Shown piece after piece: positions 8,012-21,000 of a stretch of 64,000 bases of DNA (its first letter is position 1; each line of letters opens with the position of its first letter). This DNA is from Fimbriosthenelais zetlandica (Eukaryota). The position numbers and the translations under genes are program-made. The notes beneath the pieces are model-generated. The model saw nothing but the letters and a program-made list of their open reading frames with translations. It ran no database searches and was not told where the DNA came from. The stretch is from the NCBI GenBank assembly GCA_977030845.1, contig OZ365110.1, positions 35,216,001 to 35,280,000 on the forward strand, in the 5' to 3' direction.

Positions 8012-8437
8012 AAGCTTCATTTGTATTCTTTATAGTAAGTATTCCACCACTTTTGTGACATTTGAGTTCCTTCCCGTCAGATCTAATGCTTATATAAATA
8101 ATTATTTTAAAGGTCTTAGCAAGATTGGCCCAGACAGTAGCCATTTCAACGCACGTAGCAATTGAAACAGTCCCCAAGTGCACTGGATAAAGACATTCGA
8201 TTTCATTCAGTAAATTGCAAACTGCAAATCATGCTGAGCCCTATTATCACCCACTTTGACTTTATACTACTGTTCGGCCTATAGACAAAAATTCTACGCT
8301 AACAGATGTAATCCTGTTTTAATTTCAGAAAATGTTTCAAGATTGTATTGCATAGATGAAATCTCATCAGTGATATCTGCAGATCGAATCTCTTCATTTC
8401 AATGACAGTCAAGCTTACGTCAGGGTACCGTGACGTC

Positions 8438-8443
8438 AATAAA
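8438..8443 (+). terminator. Candidate polyadenylation signal of gene C
   Basis: AATAAA overlapping a TGACGTCA palindrome; another AATAAA lies near 8565. Motif match only. Confidence 0.3.
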
Positions 8444-10695
8444 GCCATGTGAGAAAGACAAGTTTTATTTTTACGTGTTCACCAACTCAAAATGACGGAT
8501 GTGAATAGCGATATAGGCCTACCAAATTCTGCCAGAATTGTTATCAATGTTTATACTTGTAGAAATAAAGGTATAGTTTTATTAAAATGAATGCCAATTA
8601 TATTCATTGCAATTGCAGTACAATTGATAGTATAAGTCTACCTGACTGTCTATCTAAGCATTATGATAACATAGTACAGGTACTTAATTCTGTTAAGTAC
8701 TGTAACTCTGCTGATCAACGCGTATCTAGCACATGGCACTGCACTAGGGCGCCCCTAGCATGGAAAACAGACAACTTTGTAGATTTAGTGTGTGTTAGTC
8801 CTACAAAAATCCACTAGATGTCACCATTATGGCAGATCATCAACCATGGCTTGTATGCCCAACGAGTATGCCAAAGCACTGCATGTCGCCTTTATATATT
8901 TATCTTAACCCTCCGTTGAAAATAATGATATTATTTGAAAGAATCTGTAACATATATTTGCATATATTTTCGAGGATTACGTAAAGTGTTGTTTATAATG
9001 ACAAAAAAATAATGACATAATGTTAAAAAAAATAGTATCCTAACTACGAAGACAGTCATAATCACGATTAAACATAATAGATCCGGAGCTGGTAGGCTAC
9101 ACCATTTAAATCCAATCTTAACTGTTCTGGAATATGTCCATAACTTCCACACAGAATGTAATAAAGACCCTTCTAATAATCCGGGTAAAGACTAAAGAAA
9201 TAAAAATGTTCGAGAATAAAATATAGGAACAGCTTTGGAAAATGAAAGATCGATTTCTTCCCATGTGGTTTGAAAAGTGGTTGTGAGTATACAAAGATAA
9301 ATTACAGTCATATCATATATGTACTTTACAACATAGGGCACATTTCTCGATATAGCCGCTGATTGACTTTAATGTACAAGGACGGTTTTCTTTAGTTCCC
9401 AAGCGATAAACAGCATTAAATAACACCCTTAAGAAGGTTGTTTATACTGCTTGTGTCAACATTTGTGAAAGTATCCTATTTTGTGGCTTATTCTATCCGT
9501 CAAATATTCACCTCACATAATCCAAAGAGTTATAACTCTCCATGACAAAGTGAACATAGAAAATCAGATTGTGTAAACAATTTATTATTGCATTTATTAA
9601 GTAAAAATTTGTTTCCTGCTGTTTAGATATAGACTTTATTCTCTTCAATTGGAAACGAAATGAAAAAAGACATAATTTCCGCCGTGTTAGGAGGTATACC
9701 TTGTTATTCTAACATCCCATTGAGGGAGCGATGCAAATCAATATACTTTGGACTATATTATTATGTATAGGCCTATATGTGACTATGAACTTACCAGTAT
9801 AGGCCTAATCTTCTCGAGGATCATTAATTTTTTTACGTCGTTCGTAATAGCTACTGATCCTTTCCACATTTAGCTCACTTTTAAAACGCATCAAACAGTT
9901 CAACTAAATGTTGTTGGCCGTATAGTTTATTTTAAATCTTTGGTCTGTCACAATTAATAGGCTCTGTCCTGACAGTAGGATGTATCGTTAAATAAAATCA
10001 ACTATTTGGACTTAAAGCCTATTATAGGAAGGCAGACCGCTCGGGACGAGGTCAAACTTGGCCGGGTAACAAGCCGGGGCCGCCGGCGAGCCCCCGGGGG
10101 CTGCTCCCACCCAGGTCCTATATGTACAGTACGTCCCTGATGTGGTGGGTGGTGGGAGGAGTGTGGTGGATGCAATAAACTTAAACTTGACATGGCAAGG
10201 TCAGGTGAGATGTGTCACAACGTCCGACTGACCATACATAGGCTATACCATGCGAAATGTACAGATCCCCTATACTGCAGGCTATATAGCCTATAGTTCT
10301 ATGCATAGGCTTATTAACAAAGTTAAAGTAAACTCAATTTACAGGATTTTCGTTTTTTCTGTGTTATCAGGGCACTTTAAACCTGGAATTATATCATTAA
10401 ATGGCTAGCCTATCTTTTGTTCATACAAATAATTTCCTTCCTTCTAAAACATGTTTGACTCTTCCATAATGGTCCTAATGGTTAATAAGGTAAACCGCAA
10501 ATAAGACTTCAAAGCTTTCTCCATTTTCACGCTTTTAGATTTAATGAACCTTGTCCTGATATCTATACCACTCATTTTCAAAAGAAGTAAAGTTAACAAG
10601 CAATGTATATCCTACATGTACACGTACATCTTCGCAAAGAGCATCCTCTTCCTCCTTTCGGCATTGCAAAAGCCCAAGTGTTTATCAGTCACCAG

Positions 10696-10762
10696 GGGCC
10701 TGTTTCAGAACAACCATTAGCAATGCTAAGTCTATGGGACATTTTTACGCTGAAACAGACCC
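10696..10762. mobile_element. MITE family 1, best-preserved copy (67 bp, CAG target-site duplication)
   Basis: CAG-GGGCCTGTTTCA...TGAAACAGACCC-CAG: 12-bp TIRs with one mismatch and an identical 3-bp flank. Confidence 0.75.
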
Positions 10763-11339
10763 CAGAAAGCATATCGATAATATATGAAACATGTGATTTT
10801 CAATCCTGGGTCTATAAATATATTAGATAAACAATAAGCCTGTTTAGGATTGATGGCTGAAGGAAAAAGCCTATAGGACATTTTGACATTGCCGATTGAC
10901 ATTCCCCCAACACAAAATCGCGTGCAACCTCATGCAGTGCACCACTAAAAGATTGCGTTATTTTCACCTTAAACTTGCCATCAGCAGTGATTTCCTGCTA
11001 GCCAGATGGCTGTGTGGGCCCACTTTAAGTGTCCATCACCGTTTCCTAGTTGACCGATTACCCCGTCCTGTTTGCCTGATGCATCAAACCTGTATCGCCA
11101 CCCAGCGATCATAATCGACCTGGCAAATGGATTTATGAATTTCCGTAACATCAAAACTCTATAAAGGCTATCGATCGGGGCTAATATATCTCATCTTAAG
11201 CCATCAGGTTTGAGCTGCTTCTCTAAAAGCTTCTGGGGGCTTCATCATTTCATATCATAATCCGTTATAATAAATAGACACCACTTCCGGCTGTGAGGTC
11301 TCACAACGCTGATTCCGACAGCGCCAAAACAGCAGCGAA

Positions 11340-11360
11340 CAGCGCCCCACCTGGTGGCGC
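11340..11360. promoter_or_regulatory. Bidirectional CTCF-like motif
   Basis: CAGCGCCCCACCTGGTGGCGC matches CCACCAGGTGGCGC with one mismatch in each orientation. Motif only. Confidence 0.35.
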
Positions 11361-14131
11361 GTGGATGATTTATTCTCAACACGTCGGCCGCGCGTTCCTC
11401 AAGACGTCACAGTGGACATGACAAACACGTCAGGGTGGTCAAGCTCAGGATATTGGGCTGATGATGAAGTCGGTTGGGAAACGCATGCATGATCGGCCGA
11501 GCGCAATAAAGCCGCGTTAATTGCAAAGCAAAAGAGACTGAGTGAAAGGGAGAGTTCCTGCTTCACAAGAGGATAGGCTGACAAGTTGATGGCATCCAAT
11601 TAAGTGAAGCATTTTGGCACGCTGTGATAACACTAGGTTTATCGGAGGTGTTCAGATGAGAGATACTCATTAGAAGTTGGTTCGGTATCGATTGGTACAA
11701 AACACTGAGCAGCTTAAAGATGTCCAATCAATTTTGTTTACTTCTCCATCCCCCTCGATCTTGCATTTCCTGTGTCATTAAACCCCAATGCATTGTAATT
11801 GCGATATATGATATGCATTTCCTTATAATTTAGGCTACTTTTCTAAGGGGTTTTTAATATATCACAGAATAGTTAATTATTCGTTTTAAATAGACAGGTG
11901 CCATGCATAATTAATTCTGTATTAAAATTTGACTCAGTGGATCGGAGGCTCCCTCTGTAGGGTATAACAGTGCAACCCTGACCGATGATATGCCCTCTGA
12001 CAGGAACCTGATGGTATGTTTCAATGTTTAGATGAGCCTGATATGAATAAGATACCACCTCTATTTGTGAGCTGTCATGGAATGATTCATTAGAAAGGTT
12101 GGCTTATAAAAATCACGAGTCCAGTTATGTAGCGAAGATTACACCATGATGTGTGTGGTATTCACATGTTCTTTCTCCATGTTTCACCCATGTGAAACCT
12201 GATAAACCTATCACTCATCTCTCTCGCTGTTTCTGGCTGATCTAAACTACTTCCAGTTAGGTTTTAACGGCATTGTACTTCATATTTGATTATAAACGAC
12301 TTTTCTCCTCTCTGGGAGGTCATTTCAGAACCTGTTTGTTCTTTCTATGAAGCATTCCATCCAGATTCACTAATCCTTCACTTCCAATAAGGCAGGATGT
12401 GTTGTGGTGTAACTTTAAGCAAGTTCAAACTTAAGGTAGGACTCAAATGCTGCGACAGAGCTTGCAACACGACAGCGACCAAGGTGATGCAGGTGTTGCA
12501 ATGAGAACTGTAGGTCTACCAGTGGAGGACCACCTTAAGGCCTTCGACATTTCAAATAAATTATTAAAATAAATTATTTTGTTGTGACACAAGCAAAACC
12601 TTTGTCGCTGTAGTGTCACAAACACTGTCGCAGTAGTGGAGTCCCACCTTTAGTATAGAGAAGGGTATGTACACTGCAAACATAATTGGAAAGTTCTGAG
12701 AATATGTAGAAAGTTCTCCGGGTTCGTTTTAATTCACAGTACCCCTGCTGTTGCCAAAATCCAATGTCGATTAAAGTAACTCTCTCTCGTATATGAATAG
12801 GTCATAATTAATCCATTCATTTCCGACATGTGGCGCTTGCGATAACATTGGTCGCTATGGCAATATTGTGTGCCTGAATATCTCAGTGACAAGTTGATCC
12901 ACGTTGACAACTTACAGGACATTGTGAGCCATAATTGGTGCCTGATATTGGTCCGGATAAAGGCAGCCAGCTTCATTATGGTCGTAATAGATCCTCGCCT
13001 TTCAGAAATGGCCCCCAGATCTGCGACCAATAAAGAAGTTGGCTATCATATTGCACGGCCATGAGAGAGCCTGCAGAGTTGCATAGTTAGTCGCTCCATT
13101 GACAGTCACAAAGCTCCTTCAATATGACCTCCGAGGCGGTATTCCCCCCACACAGAGGCATTATTCTCACCCAAAATACCTCTTTCCTTATATTATAATT
13201 AAGATATCAGCTGACAAAGCGAGGGGATTGACCATATCGTCCTGGCCTTATTATGATGAGTTTGGCGCCTAACATCACCAATCGGGCTTGAAGAAGCCGA
13301 CTATTGACCGCCTTTTGGCGCCACAATGGCATCAGGGCAATGGGGAGATGAAATGAAAACAAGCTAACAATAACGCATCGATTTCAATTCACGGAGAATT
13401 GAGCCCACGTCGAGAACCTAGTCATTCCTTAAGATTACGGTATCTAAAATGAAAGGAATTTTCCTTCATTTTTTAAAGCTAGAATGTACCTTGATGTAAC
13501 CTGATAAGCAGAGTGATATGTCTTTAGGCAAAATAACACGATAATACATAGCTGATCTTTTTCCCCCAAATTATTATCTTGGGATGCATAATCGTCGCTT
13601 CAAGGCAAACTGACAAATCTTTGCTAGCGACAAATCAAGTAAATAGCGTTTAACATTAGCATCCATTACGATAAGTATAATTATTATAAGAATTTTGACA
13701 ATGTAAGCAATTCTCTGCACGTCTGATGAACGTGTATAGGGCCTACAGCATTAGTAAAGTTGTTATAAATGCGTATTGGTAAGCGATTATATAGTAATTT
13801 ACCTATAATCTGAATAATGTATTAAATATAACGACAAATTATATTAGTCATACATTACGTGTTTTAGAGCTAATATAATCCAGTGATTCTGCCACCTAAG
13901 TACCGTAAACCAACGAGAAGAGTTTTTTAGTATTTCCCATCAGAGTACACAAATACAGTGGGAAATGCATTATAGAGAATAACCCCTGTGACAACCTCAA
14001 ACTATCCACATTTAGCGTGATTCATTGTGCGTTTTGTCAGCCAATCCATACCTCCATTGGTCTGGTTTTGAGTAGAGAAGACAATTTCATCATTTCTGAT
14101 CCTCGGGCCATTGTCACTTGGCTGGCGGTAG

Positions 14132-14152
14132 GATCAAAGGCAAAGATCAAAG
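14132..14152 (+). promoter_or_regulatory. Tandem TCF/LEF-type sites
   Basis: GATCAAAG at 14132-14139 and 14145-14152. Confidence 0.3.
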
Positions 14153-15452
14153 TGTCCTGCTCCAGGTACAGTGCCCAGGTATGTGGATCTTTCATGCTCG
14201 TCTCATCAAAAGTTAGGTCACTCCCAGTGGAAGTCCCCAATCAAGTCTATATACCGCGTATACCTCAATTTCAACCCTAATCTAGAGGAAAATTATTTGT
14301 TTTCATCAATAAAAAAAATCGTATTTTTACAATATAAGTTTACTTAAGAAATATAGCTGATGGATACTTAAATGTTGTTTTATATGCCTTGATTGGTAAA
14401 TAATTATCCGGGCCTCACTTATGTGAAACGGTCCCAGTGCTGGCATGTTGGGATGTGTTGACATCTCAGTATTGACACTTCCTCAAAGCCAGATCCCCAT
14501 ATTTGTGAATCATTCGCTTGTACTGTGTACCTTTGTGACAGAAGCTACAAAATAGATCCCCAACCAAATCCCTGTCAAGTGTCAGGTGTGTTGACAATAT
14601 AGTTGTGAATCCATTGCTGCTTTTTATACGGCCACTGGGATGGGGTGGCACCGTCCCGAACTGCAGCCATGTATGGCCCCAAGTGACAAGGCCATTTAAT
14701 GGGAGATTTATTCCATAGGTTATAATGACATGCACCATTGTGTAAGATACCTGGCGGTAGGGGAGAGAGTCAGACCAAAGGCCGTACAGTAAAATCATAT
14801 ACATTTGTATTGAGGTGATGTTCAACATATTATAGGGATGACCACATCCAAAATGGTCCTCATCATCTTTAAACCTTTCGTATATACATGTAATTATAAA
14901 TTAGTATGACCCATATTGTATGCTCATGCAGAGATTATAACAATATTGTACTTGTTTAGACCTCAATTAAATTGAAAGTTAGTAAATAAAAAGACATAAT
15001 TGCCTGTGTATAGGCCTAAAGATTTAAAGTCATTGGAAATTTATGGTAGGGTTTCTTATTTTGATGATGGAAAAGGGCGCATATGGGTCTATTTATCTTA
15101 CATATTTATCAGCCGTATGTTGTAAAATTTCGTCTTACACCCGAAAATAATAAAAGGTGTGCTTTATTTTGGAGTATCTCGATCAGACTTTAACATCTCA
15201 TAATAACTCATTATAAAGGAAATATCCGTGAATACAGGTTATAAAACATTTGCTTCTCGTTTTACAATGACTGATATTTATCGTCCACATACATTAGGTA
15301 TTTATCTATTTATATTAGTTCATATACCGAACACTAAATGTCATTAACTCAACTGTACTGGTAAACACAATGGCTTCTCAACTCAATAAAAGCTCATGAA
15401 AACGTCACTGTTGCTTTATTCCTCACCAGAAGGGTCAGAAATATCATGTTCA

Positions 15453-15469
15453 AGGTCAATACAAGGTCA
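15453..15469 (+). promoter_or_regulatory. Perfect DR5 nuclear-receptor element (AGGTCA-N5-AGGTCA)
   Basis: AGGTCA ATACA AGGTCA, with further half-sites at 15432-15437 and 15483-15488. Confidence 0.4.
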
Positions 15470-18400
15470 ATCTAGCAAAGGTTGACCTTTGTAAAGGCCA
15501 CGTGCTGGGAAGGCGGGACAATGATAATCTGGCCGAGATACAGGCAGGAAATCAGGAGGCGGGGTCATTACCTTGTTTCCCTCATTATCGCTCGGTGATG
15601 CATTTGGCTCCGTTAAACCTTCCACGATAAGCTATTTGACCGTTTACATTACTACAAAGGCATATTTGGGTCGTTTAAATGGATTCCATGCAGTCTCCTT
15701 ACCTGGTTTCTGGAAAAGATTTCTTACTAAATATGGCGTCTTATATATTATTGTCGTGTTGGAATGGCATTGTCGCCTTCCTAAAAGGGGTCAAAAAGAA
15801 ATTTTGTTTCAAAAGTGGTAGTAAAGTTTTAAGTGGTTCATTACTTTTTTCATTCACTTCATTGAGGGGCGGGTTCAGTTAGACACACAAAAGAGACCAA
15901 GACAACTATAGTTTGACATCCATACAATCTTTATTAATGTCAGCAGCTTCTGATTGAGGGCATGTCACAAGGGTGAGTGAACAGGGGGATATCATCAGCT
16001 CGGTAATCGGAGATTAAGTGGAAACGTTGTCCACCCTTTTAAAGCGATCCGTGGCTTCAAAAACAATTTGTTTGCAATCGACAGATTGAATATTATTTGG
16101 GCCCCATGTTGGCGGTACTTTTAGATTGGTTTGGGAAATGACATATTCACTGTTTATCGGGAGATATAAATATTAGTAGCCCATAGACAATAATCAAGAT
16201 TTGTTTATAGATTTCCAATCTTGCAACAAATAAATTTTATGAAAATAATTATTACTGGAATAATCACAGAACACGAATCCACTGTATTGTAAAAAGTTAA
16301 TAATTTCATTTTCATTGCTCCTGTTTGTTTTTTATAATGTTTGGACAAATATAAACACAGCTAATCACTGTAATTTAACTGTGAATTAGAGCTACAGAAT
16401 GTACAGGATATCCGCTCATGTATACAGGTAGCGATTGATAATTATTATATGTCCTTTGCTTTGAGCAAAAGACCCTTTGTCACGGCATTAAATCAACCTT
16501 TTGATATCAACTATACATATCTGATTACAAGTGTCTGATAGGCTTTTTTCTGAACATGAAAGGAATGGTTGGGATTCAATACTGACAGTTTACAATGTAG
16601 TCACAATTCTTTAGGGGTCTTTTCTCTAAGTATACGGCTCCTATATATACGGCTCGCACACTTGTCTCCCTGCTCCATCATCGCCCTCTCATTCTTAGTG
16701 CCCGCCATCCTAGACTTGGGACTGACTCGGTCGCGCTCAGCTGCTTCTTAATTTTGAAAAGTTAATTACTCATTTAAGATAAATTGGTCGCCCGAGGGCC
16801 ATTCTTGTTTTGAATTGTAGTATGAGCTTACGGGTCTCCTTGGGGTCTGTCGGGTCAACTCTTGAAAGAGGAGGCAGCTTGAAAGCTAGTACGATACATA
16901 GAGTTATAAACGGCTATAAGATCCACATGACAGTCATGGAATTCGCCGATGAAATATGTGTAATCCCCTCACATCCGCCAGTCCAATGATGAATGAGAAA
17001 GAATTTGGATCTTTTCTTGAAGGAATAAGCCATGTGCGTTGAAAAAGCAGGACAAGTTTTATTTAGCTGCATTGGCAGAAATCTTCATAAATATTTAGAT
17101 CTCATTTATTATGTAAGCCTACATTACATTAGATTACATATTGTTAGGCCTTATGTTATTTTACATAAAGGATGGTAAACCACTGTTTAGTGGGTCTATA
17201 ACATTAGACTGTGTTTACTGGTTTAATTTAGAACTCACTCTAAATTAGGAAAGATGCGCATCATGCGATCAAATGTGTTGAAGCATATGATTGTGTACAT
17301 ATAAGTTATAATATATATCATTACAATTAACAGGTTTGATTTTTGTATGGACATAGGTGAATACCGCAATTGAATGTAGAAATTAATATGAAAGATGAAG
17401 CTATAACTGGGGAATTTAAAGTGCCACTTAACTGGAATTAGCATGCTGCTGATGTGTCACTGGCAAAACATCTCAGTGCAACCATTACCATTTTTTTGAG
17501 ACAGAAAAGCTGCAACACTGTGTATCTCACTAAAATGAATTAACAGAGTAATTGAACTCGATAGTGAAATCCGGAAATCTAACGGGAAGTTGGTGGGGAG
17601 TGAGCAGTATTTTGTCGTTATGACGTCACTTCACAGAATTGAAGTGAGTGAAATTATAAGTACAATGTAATGTAATGTACATGGATTTGTAATGTACAGA
17701 TGGATTTAGCATGGCAAAACGTAGAACTCGGGATATAATTATAATTGACTTAAGTTTATTACCTCCTATATTCCTTATACATGTACATTTCTGTGGGGTA
17801 CATGTATACACGCTACTTAAGTAATGAATTACATAATCATGAGTTGGGAGATAACCGTCCACAATGTATTTATTGTAAGCTGAATTAAGGACCCAAATAT
17901 TAGTTCAATAGGGGGCCAAACAGTTCATTACGAATAGAATAATTTGACCTTCAACCACCAGCTTCAGAACAAGACAGATACATTACTTGATGGGCACACA
18001 AGTGGGATGATTTAGTTGAAAAGGGAGGAGAAAGTTATTAGCTTCCTGCCGAGCAAGGCTTACCACTAATCGACCCCCTGCAGATGACACTGTGCACGGC
18101 AAAAGGCCGCAACGTTCGGGGGGCCTGTCGCAGGAAAAGAAGGCGCTACATTTTTAGTTTGTTTACTGGATGTAGCACATCTTTTCCCTGAAACAGACCC
18201 CGGGTCAGCTTAGCTGTGATAGAGTGACGAGTGAACAGCAGGTGTTTTTTGTGGTCAGTGGGCCAATTGTGATGCTACTTGAATAGTCCTCAACTATCAC
18301 CATTCAATGGCCTTCCCTTTGTGAAAACCGTAGTCCCTTCACGGGGGGCCTTCCGTGCAACCCTTGTTAGCAACCCATCCCAACAGACTTTGGAATTTTT

Positions 18401-20934
18401 CTCCTTCCAAACATAACATTATTTCATAACCCTCAAAAACTTAGCCCCCGATGGAAATTGGCTCAAAACATTTTTCCTTGTCGATGGGAATCGCCTAGCC
18501 GTTTTACACTGGTGATAAGGCGGGATGGTATTCAGATTATGCCAACATGAATCAGTCTGAGATGGGAAAGTTGATTCTCTAAAGAATTAAACACGACATA
18601 CAGCGGTAATGGTAGTTAGTCTTGTCTCTTTCTTATCGCCGACCTGTCACAAGCGTCGGCCAGTCTGGGGAGACCAATGAAATCGATCCTGACGAATGTT
18701 CTAATTCGTCACAATTATAAAGTAAATGGCCTTCATTATAAGACTCGGCTCTAGCTGTGATAACCATATTAAGGCTTGGATGATCTACACCACAATACCA
18801 TGCTTGCGCCTCAGGCTTGTGGATCGCCTTTCAGACCACTTGGAGCAAATGTCGGTGTTACCCGACACCAAATAGTGTATGAGGTACCTCTACAATGGGA
18901 TCTATTTACCGGTCATGACATACAGTTTCCAGATGTTGCCAATGTATCAACCTGAGCAGGCCCAACCCTGGAGGCAGTTTTCCCCCTTTTTATTTTCGTT
19001 TTTCCCTCTTTATAGCGGGTCTGAAATATTGATAACAAGGGTAGGTCTAACCACAACCAACACCCTTTTATACGTGTTCTAACCTCTCCCACAGTTCTTC
19101 CTCCGAGGAGGGTCCAGACCCTAGAAATATATTCATTAGCCATTCCATGGTCCCTAGAGGACTAACTTACAATACGCAGAAGGATGTATAGTCTCTCTGC
19201 AATAAGTCATCGACTCCAAGTTCTACAGGGGAAACTTGGCAACTAATCGACTACTCTTTTCACGGCCGCATGTCAATAATTATATTAATCGGGAATATTA
19301 ACACAGTTTATTAGTTCATAAGTTCAGAAACATTATTATAATTAGCACGCAGATTCAGAATATTTATGATTGTTCTGTCATAGACCAAGGTATAATATTT
19401 TGTCTTTGATTAGTCAACATATTTCTTTGCTCCGTCCAAATTCACATTATTTATATCATGATAATTATAATACTACTGTACAGAAACGGAAATATGTTTG
19501 TTCAAGGTGTCAGATATATGAATGACAAATTGTGTATACCTAGATATTGGCAGAGAGACTTGAGTCTCCTACCTTCTTGGGTCAGCAGACAAGGGCAGCT
19601 GCCCTGGACTAGAAATCTAAAACTGTTTAAATTGACCTAATGATTTGGCCCGAGGGAAGGAATGTCAGGTCTCGGACGCGCGTCCTACCACTGTCAGACT
19701 GGACTGGGAGAGGGGGGCGTGTAGCATGTCCAAATACACCCATATGCTCCTCTCATCTTCCTACCCATAAACCTACACACAGACCCTAATCACCGTAACA
19801 GGATATATAAAAGGCTTTGATCAAAACAACAAATACCATGCCTGCCCCTCTCACAAGTGCAGCATAAACCACTTGTTTATAGCAAGCCCTATATATGTCC
19901 CTCATGTTGACAATCATGCAAAATGACATGAATTGCCTACTACATGTATAGTCCTACTCAGAAGTTCCAAGAAATTGTTATATTGTGCGGAACTGCCAAA
20001 AAATAAGTCCATAATTCTATATCCATTGGCTGTGTGTACATGTTACTACACTGATATAGGCCAGCTTGATATTTTGGATGGTAGTTTCCTTTCCACGAAG
20101 GAATTCATGGGAAATTTATCTTGTTTCCTTTACCAAGCAAGAATATTTTACATTGTCCATCGGAATGTAAAATAATTATATGCACAATTAATGCACGAAA
20201 GGTTCCCTAATTATCGCCCAGTTCGTACTAAATGGGATATCCCCAATTATCGCCCAGTTTACAGTGGATGACATTTGAGTCAAATTTCCGTGCAAGTTCA
20301 ATTGCAAGATATCTAGGAGTATATCTATAGGCCGTGTTCCGTATGGAAGGATAGTGGTTTGGGAATTAATGAAAACAGCAACGTCAGAATATCATACGTA
20401 GGTAATAAAAAGGCGTACCCATAAAACGCAAAAAAAACATATGGCATACACTGCTTACAATTTCACTGCTGACGTTCTTCATCTTAACATTTACCCTCCA
20501 ATTTGCAACGCAAGTTGAATTCGTGAGGACTGAAATGATATTAATTCGTTAAGTAACATCTGTACATGTTTATAGCAAGTCATAATACAGGCAATAGATA
20601 ACACATGTAGTTCATAGATGAGGGGATTGTTTAATAGAATACGATAGCCTACCTTCGCACAGACTGTACATTAAATATGTTGTCAGATATAGCGATTATT
20701 ATTATGAAACCGACCCCAAGTTGAGGGAGGTGAGAAGAGCAACACTTCTCGGCAATAAAGAGGAAAGATGAGTGGGTTGATTCCATCAAGATCCATAAAA
20801 TATTCCCCCTCTGGATCAGGTCGCTACTCACACGTTTCCAACTCTACTTACCATGACATTTTAGCTAAAAGCCCTAACCGCTGGAGGGTGTTTCCTACCG
20901 CCCGGGAGGAGGGCAGACGCAGGAGCGATGTGGA

Positions 20935-21000
20935 TGGGGATGGGGATGGGGATGGGGATGGGGATGGGGATGGGGATGGGGATGGGGATGGGGATGGGGA
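20935..21000 (+). repeat. (TGGGGA)11 perfect hexanucleotide microsatellite
   Basis: Read directly from the sequence. Confidence 0.95.

Noticed and set aside
8329-8355. Alternative last exon for gene C (tttcAG|KMFQDCIA*)
   Set aside because: It has an in-frame Cys but breaks the C-x24-C spacing and lacks the ExxRI motif. The exon at 7940-8011 fits much better. Minor alternative use is not excluded.
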